Source: an uncultured delta proteobacterium (lineage in GTDB: Bacteria > Desulfobacterota > Binatia > UBA9968). From it: a stretch of DNA of 64,000 nucleotides. The translations under genes and the position numbers were made by a program. Under the pieces are notes generated by a model. It saw nothing but the letters and a program-made list of their open reading frames with translations. It did not search any database and was not told the origin of the DNA. This document shows, one piece after another, positions 58,876-64,000 of the stretch. How positions within the stretch are numbered: the first letter of the stretch is position 1; each line of letters starts with the position of its first letter. The stretch spans positions 96,001 to 160,000 of the forward strand of contig CAVSHR010000002.1 of the NCBI GenBank assembly GCA_963727625.1, given 5' to 3'.

Positions 58876-60069
58876 TCATTTCGGGGATTCCGATTGTGAA
58901 GACTGTGGTGGATCGATATCTAAGACTTTAATATCGAACACGAGCGTTTTTCCCGCCATCGGATGGTTCAAGTCCACGAGTACAGTGTTTTCCTTAATCT
59001 GACGAACGGTCATAGGGACGACCGTCCCAGTCGGACTGCGCGCACTTAGCACTGCGCCGACTCTGAGTGCGCTCGCGGGAATTTTCTCTTTAGGAATCTC
59101 TTCGACGGCATTTGGTTTAATTGGGCCGTAAGCGTCTTCTGGTCTGACAATGACATGTTTTTCATCACCGATTTTCATCCCAGTCAGTGCTTTCTCTAGT
59201 CCCGGGATCATTTTTTTTTGGCCATGAATATATCTGAGCGCTTCTTTGCCAATGTTACTTTCAATTAATCTTCCATCTGTTTCGGTTAGCTTGTACTGAA
59301 TAGCGACTAACACACCATCCTTAATCACCCTGTCTTTTACACCTGGGCGGGTAAGGTCGGCGATAATTGTTCTCTGTTTTAACGACGAGGTTACGGTAGC
59401 GAGTGACCTTAGCGGAGTCGTGCCCATAAGCAACACTTGTAGGTAGTTTGATGGGATTGCAAAGTTTAAGTTCTGACCCCCTTGAAAGGTCGCGAACGCA
59501 ACACCAATAACATCACCCTTTTGATTTAACACCGGTCCACCGCTGCTTCCCGAAGAGATGGGGGCAGTAATTTGCAGTACTTTTCCAGTCCGTAATTCTC
59601 TTACCGCACTAATTACGCCTGTGGAGAACGTGGCTTCTAGGCCTTTTGGATTTCCAATTGCGTAAACTGTGTCACCAACCTGAACATCGTTACTGTTACC
59701 CAGAATGAGCGGCCTAGTAGCTGACATGGACGGGATCTTTAGTACCACTAGATCATTGTCGAGGTCCATTCCCGTGATACCAGCGATCTGAAATTTGCTA
59801 GGGTTGTTGGCGAATCTTGCATAACCTTGGGTCGCGCCTTCGACCACATGAGCGTTCGTTGCAACTTCTCCATCACGCACAAAGAACCCCGTTCCAAGAG
59901 ATACGTCTCTTCCGCGGTTGTTTTGCATCACCAAAAGAACCGTTGCCCCAACTCCTTTTTTTGCAATTGCCTGAGTGGTCTGAGCGACAGCATTGTCAGG
60001 TAGTATCGGGACCATGAGCACGTAAGAACTCAAAACGAAACATGCCCACCATGAGCTTACTGCAAACAT
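58876..60069 (-). CDS. Trypsin-like (S1C) serine protease fused to SlyD-type FKBP PPIase
   Basis: TNAHVV, DLVVLK, ISSGSSGGPV; C-terminal MIPGLEKALTGMKIG...VDLNHPMAGKTLVF; AT-richer than flanks. Confidence 0.85.
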   Translation of the reverse strand: MFAVSSWWACFVLSSYVLMVPILPDNAVAQTTQAIAKKGVGATVLLVMQNNRGRDVSLGTGFFVRDGEVATNAHVVEGATQGYARFANNPSKFQIAGITGMDLDNDLVVLKIPSMSATRPLILGNSNDVQVGDTVYAIGNPKGLEATFSTGVISAVRELRTGKVLQITAPISSGSSGGPVLNQKGDVIGVAFATFQGGQNLNFAIPSNYLQVLLMGTTPLRSLATVTSSLKQRTIIADLTRPGVKDRVIKDGVLVAIQYKLTETDGRLIESNIGKEALRYIHGQKKMIPGLEKALTGMKIGDEKHVIVRPEDAYGPIKPNAVEEIPKEKIPASALRVGAVLSARSPTGTVVPMTVRQIKENTVLVDLNHPMAGKTLVFDIKVLDIDPPQSSQSESPK

Positions 60070-60095
60070 AAGTCTTTCCTCATGTTTGAGGTAAA

Positions 60096-60716
60096 TTATT
60101 TTTTTGCTGGCTCGGCTGGCTTCGCCGTAGCTGGAGGCGCGACAGGTTTGGCGGCTGCGCTAGGGCTGGCTGGTGGGGCCTGAGATGGTGCGGAAGCCGG
60201 TTGGATGTCGACCATTTTGACGTCGAAAACCAACGTCTTCCCGGCCATCGGGTGGTTCAAATCCATGACGACGGTTTTTTCCTTGATCTCACGGACCGTC
60301 ATGGGCACGACCATCCCCTCGGGACTGCGAGCCGCCAATACGGCGCCGACTTTGAGCGCGTTCGCAGGGATTTTTTCCTTGGGAACTTCCTGTACCGCTT
60401 TCGGGTCGATCTTGCCGTAAGCGTCCTCGGGCTTGACCGTGACATGTTTTTCGCCGCCGACTTTCATGCCGGTGAGTTCTCTTTCCAAACCCGGGATCAT
60501 CATCCTTTGGCCGTGGGTATATTTGAGCGGCTCTTTGCCCTTGCTGGTTTCGATCACCTTGCCGTCCGGGCTCTTGAGCGTGTACTCCAAGCTGACCATC
60601 ATGCCGTCTTTGACAACGCGGTCGTTTTTGGCTTTGTCCGCGGTCGCGGGGAATGCCGGTGTGCTGAAAATGCTTAGCGCTACGAGCGCGAACAGCCACA
60701 ACGATTGAGTACGCAT
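60096..60716 (-). CDS. Exported SlyD/FkpB-type FKBP peptidyl-prolyl isomerase
   Basis: Signal peptide, VSLEYTL, MIPGLE, DLNHPMAGKTLVF; Pro/Ala tail instead of His-rich tail. Confidence 0.88.
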   Translation of the reverse strand: MRTQSLWLFALVALSIFSTPAFPATADKAKNDRVVKDGMMVSLEYTLKSPDGKVIETSKGKEPLKYTHGQRMMIPGLERELTGMKVGGEKHVTVKPEDAYGKIDPKAVQEVPKEKIPANALKVGAVLAARSPEGMVVPMTVREIKEKTVVMDLNHPMAGKTLVFDVKMVDIQPASAPSQAPPASPSAAAKPVAPPATAKPAEPAKK

Positions 60717-60934
60717 TGATACCTCACCCAGATTGATTGGCCGCGGCAGCGCGGTTGAGACAGATTAGCACCGGCGGTGCAGAACTCAACAAAGCCGGAA
60801 GGCCTGGAGCAGACGATATGCGGTGATCAAGGCCGGCCTTAGCGGCGCTTGTACTCGGCACGATAACCGTTAGAACGGTGGTGAATTATCGGTTGTCGTT
60901 CCCGTCGATCGCTAGAAATCCGCGACGGAGCCCG

Positions 60935-61927
60935 TTAATACTTTGCAATCACCCGTTCGCCCCAGGCAGCCATCACCTGATCGTAGACGGCGTTGGGCGG
61001 CGTGAGCAGCACGCGTTTGATGCCGTCGGCTTCGAGCCGCTTCACCTTGGCGATACATTCCGCCGGCGTGCCGGCGATGGTGAAGCGCTCGAGCAGATAG
61101 TCGGTGACGAAATTGGGATTGATGCGCTCTTCGATCGGTTTCGAAATGTCGAAGTTTTCCATGAAGCGTTTGACGCCCGCCGCTTCGCCTTCCGGAACGG
61201 TTTCCATGGTGAAGCGAAAGTTGTGGTGCGCGCGGTTGGCCATGCGCGAGCGCACGCGCCGGCGCGCCAGGTCGCCGTCGTCGTCGACCACGATCATGCC
61301 GGCGGGCATGATGTCGATGTCTCCCGACTTGCGCCCTTCCTGCTGCGCCGCTTCGGCGACCCGCTGGCGCGCCCAGTCGGTCACCGCTTTGTCGAAACCG
61401 GTGCCGAGAATGATGCCGTCGCAGGTGCGGCCGGCGACGCGGAGTGTCTTCGGCCCTTCGGCCGAAATGTAAATCGGCGCCGGGCGTTTGCCGGCCTTGA
61501 GCTTGACGTTGCCGCCGGCGCGTTCCTTGCTCTTAGGCACGTCGACGCCGCGGTCGTGGAGCAAATCGCGAATCAGCCGCAAACCTTTTTCAAAATCGAC
61601 AAGCTTGGTTGCCGTGCGGCCGAGACTGTAAACCGGGCCGTCGCCCGTCCCCATGCCGATGATCGCGCGGCCTTCGGAGATTTCGTTCAGCGTCGCAAAA
61701 CTGTTCGCGATAATCGTCGGATCCCGGTAAACGATGTTGGTCACGGCTGTGCTAAGGCGGATTCTCTTTGTGCTGACGGCGCAAAGCGCCATGGCTTGAA
61801 AGGGATCGACGTTGTTCATCTGGCTGTCGGCGAAAAAGATCGCTTCGAAACCGAGTTGCTCGGCGCGTTTGGCGCGCTCCACCGCCGCGCGAACCGTGCG
61901 CGCCGAACTATGCAGACAAAAATTCAT
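60935..61927 (-). CDS. LLM-class flavin/F420-dependent oxidoreductase (Mer-like)
   Basis: AEQLGFEAIFFADSQ, TAVTN..RDP, PIYISAEGPKTL, IAGTP. Confidence 0.88.
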   Translation of the reverse strand: MNFCLHSSARTVRAAVERAKRAEQLGFEAIFFADSQMNNVDPFQAMALCAVSTKRIRLSTAVTNIVYRDPTIIANSFATLNEISEGRAIIGMGTGDGPVYSLGRTATKLVDFEKGLRLIRDLLHDRGVDVPKSKERAGGNVKLKAGKRPAPIYISAEGPKTLRVAGRTCDGIILGTGFDKAVTDWARQRVAEAAQQEGRKSGDIDIMPAGMIVVDDDGDLARRRVRSRMANRAHHNFRFTMETVPEGEAAGVKRFMENFDISKPIEERINPNFVTDYLLERFTIAGTPAECIAKVKRLEADGIKRVLLTPPNAVYDQVMAAWGERVIAKY

Positions 61928-61956
61928 AACCTCTTCATACTAGCATTGGGCTGTTA

Positions 61957-62054
61957 GTTCAAAACGTTCCAATCGTTCAACCGCTTTGCTCCGTTCAACC
62001 GATCGCCTCGCGATCTCCGTCCATACGATTTGAACTACTTGAACGTCTTGAACA
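61957..62054. repeat. Inverted 9-bp-period GTTCAA/TTGAAC repeat element
   Basis: gttcaaaac gttccaatc gttcaaccgctttgctccgttcaa ... tttgaacta cttgaacgt cttgaac. Confidence 0.75.
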
Positions 62055-62056
62055 TC

Positions 62057-63322
62057 CTAATTCCCCGATCCAATTTGGCGCGCCTGCCAGCGCACGCAGC
62101 CGTGAATCGCGAAGCCGGAGATCACAAAGCACATGAGACATACTGTAAACGACCAGGCGTAGGAGCCGGTGGCGTCGAAAAGATAACCGCCGATCCACGA
62201 GCCAAAGGCGCTGCCGAGGCCGAAGCTAATTTCCAGAAAACCGAAGATGAGGCCGATTTTGTGACCGGAAAAAATATCGCCGATGACCGCGCCGTAGGTC
62301 GGATTGCCGGCGCTGTGGCCGATGCCGTAGAGCACGATGGTCAAGTAAACCAGCCAGAGCGGCGCGCCGAAGGTCATGGCGATCATGGAGATCACGCCGA
62401 GCGCGGTGACGAAAACGGCGACACCGTACGCCTTGCTTCGTCCCAACCGGTCGGAGACCGAGCCCCAAATAATCGTTGCGCCGATGCGGATAAAACCGAT
62501 CAGGCCAAAATAAAAAGATGCGGCGAGTTTCTCATAGCCGACCGCCACGAAGTGGGCGATGGCGTGGGTATTGATCATGAACAGCGCCGTGCCGAGCGCC
62601 AAGTGACCGACGGTGATGCACCAGAACGGAAAAGAGCGTGCCGCCTCGCCAAGGGTCCAGTCGCGCGCCGCCTTGTGTTTTGCGGCATGGCGTCCCGCTG
62701 TTTCCGCTGCCGGCTTATCGTCGCCGTCGGGAAATTGGCCGATGTCCTGAGGCGCGCGCCGTTGAAAAAGCGCGTTGGCCGGCACCAAGAGGAATAGCAA
62801 CAAGCTGCCGGTTGCGATATAAGTCCAGCGCCAGCCCATGGCGCTGATCAGCAACTGTGTGGCCGGGACCATCACCAGCGCGCCTAATCCTTGCCCCATG
62901 GAGGCGATACCGATAGCGGTGGCGCGCCGGCGCACAAACCAATACGAAATGAGCGCATTGTGGCCGACGAAGCCTAGCGCTCCCTGCCCCAGCGCGGTGA
63001 CGACGCCGTAGGAGAAATAGAGCCCCAACAGAGAGCTGGAAAAGGACGACAGGAATAGGCCGACGCCGACCAGAGCGGCGCCCACCGGCATGAGCAAGCG
63101 CGGGCCGAGACGATCGAACGCCAACCCTACCATCGGCGATGCCAGTGCGTAGACGATGAAGTTAATCGAAGCGATCGAGGCGCCGTCGCTGCGCGACCAG
63201 GAAAACTCCTCCAACAGGGCCAGGTAATAAACGCCGAAAGAGCCGGTGACGCCGCGCATCACCACCATGTTGATGAAACACAGGGCGAGGATAACGTAGC
63301 CATAGAAAAACTTGGGACGCAT
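62057..63322 (-). CDS. MFS transporter (MCT/OFA-like)
   Basis: FFYGYVIL, FDRLGPR, WFVRRRATAIGIA, SDRLGR. Confidence 0.9.
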   Translation of the reverse strand: MRPKFFYGYVILALCFINMVVMRGVTGSFGVYYLALLEEFSWSRSDGASIASINFIVYALASPMVGLAFDRLGPRLLMPVGAALVGVGLFLSSFSSSLLGLYFSYGVVTALGQGALGFVGHNALISYWFVRRRATAIGIASMGQGLGALVMVPATQLLISAMGWRWTYIATGSLLLFLLVPANALFQRRAPQDIGQFPDGDDKPAAETAGRHAAKHKAARDWTLGEAARSFPFWCITVGHLALGTALFMINTHAIAHFVAVGYEKLAASFYFGLIGFIRIGATIIWGSVSDRLGRSKAYGVAVFVTALGVISMIAMTFGAPLWLVYLTIVLYGIGHSAGNPTYGAVIGDIFSGHKIGLIFGFLEISFGLGSAFGSWIGGYLFDATGSYAWSFTVCLMCFVISGFAIHGCVRWQARQIGSGN

Positions 63323-63330
63323 GAACGGAA

Positions 63331-63402
63331 TTGGAGTGTTGGAGTAATCGAGTATGGGGGTGTTGGATTTTAAACCATTACTCCATCATTCCAGTACTCC
63401 AA
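63331..63402. repeat. Inverted 8-bp-period GGAGT/ACTCC repeat element
   Basis: ttggagtg ttggagta atcgagta ... ttactcca tcattcca gtactcca. Confidence 0.7.
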
Positions 63403-63417
63403 CGATGTCTTTGGTGT

Positions 63418-63978
63418 TTACCTTGCTTCCGCCGCTTTGATGTCTTTGATTTTGACGTCGAAGTTCAGAGTCTTTCCGGCCAGCGGGTGGTTGAAATCGA
63501 CGACGATGGTTTTTTCCTTGACCTCATGCACGCGGATCGGCACGGTGCGACCGTCCTGTGTCTTGGTCATCAACATGACGCCGGGCTTTTGCGCGTCGGC
63601 GGGAATCATCTCGCGGGGGACTTCTTGGAACGCCTTCTCATTCGGCCGGCCGTAACCGTCTTCCGGTTTCACCCGCACTTTTTTCTCGTCGCCGACTTTC
63701 AAGCCGTTCAACGCTTGTTCGAGACCTTTGACGATCTGTCCGGCCCCTTGGATGAAAGTGAGTGGTTCCTTGCCGACATTGGTGTCGAGAATCTTGCCGG
63801 TGTCGTCGGTAAGCGTGTACTCGATGGAGACGATGGAGCCTTCTTGGATATTCGAGCTGGGTTTCAACGTAATCGCCTGGGACGCCGGGCCTCCACCGAC
63901 GCGGGCGAGGCTGGAAAGGAAAAATAGCGCGGCTAAAACCGCGCCGCTCATGATCAACAAACCCAAAAGTTTTTTCAC
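63418..63978 (-). CDS. SlyD/FkpB-type FKBP PPIase with N-terminal signal/anchor
   Basis: Hydrophobic N-terminus, VSIEYTL, IVKGLE, DFNHPLAGKTLNF. Confidence 0.88.
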   Translation of the reverse strand: MKKLLGLLIMSGAVLAALFFLSSLARVGGGPASQAITLKPSSNIQEGSIVSIEYTLTDDTGKILDTNVGKEPLTFIQGAGQIVKGLEQALNGLKVGDEKKVRVKPEDGYGRPNEKAFQEVPREMIPADAQKPGVMLMTKTQDGRTVPIRVHEVKEKTIVVDFNHPLAGKTLNFDVKIKDIKAAEAR

Positions 63979-64000
63979 GGATTCCTCGGAAGAAATTTAG

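Noticed and set aside
1-64000. DGR template repeat, reverse transcriptase, integron integrase, transposase, tRNA/rRNA
   Set aside because: No AAC-rich copy of the variable region, no YxDD RT, tyrosine-recombinase or DDE motifs, and no structural RNA recognised by eye

Overview
GC-rich bacterial chromosome segment, densely coding (~60 CDS), with no rRNA, tRNA, CRISPR array, integrase or transposase recognised. The gene content (many amidohydrolases, NMT1/THI5- and Fe3+-type solute-binding proteins, VOC, LLM, TPP enzymes, cupins) resembles Candidatus Binatota/'Deltaproteobacteria' genomes; this taxonomic call is inference. Most notable: (1) a stand-alone PrdB/GrdB-like selenoprotein that the ORF track splits at an in-frame TGA (UxxC motif plus SECIS-like hairpin); (2) a cluster of integron attC sites without integrase around an ABC-binding-protein gene and a methyltransferase gene; (3) a compact putative immunity island with a RelE-type TA pair, a TIR-TM-FGE/C-type-lectin gene whose 3' end looks like a DGR-mutagenised variable region, a second TIR and an NDT/TIR-like protein, next to a duplicated 5' end of a 3-HAO-like gene; (4) intergenic 7/8/9-bp-period inverted repeats; (5) four orphan 3' ends of solute-binding-protein genes; (6) a desaturase / cNMP-binding / Glu-less M50 gene cluster; (7) three SlyD-type PPIase domains, one fused to a trypsin-like protease. 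Two genes carry single-base homopolymer frameshifts that may be assembly errors. All product calls come from motif recognition by eye, not database searches.
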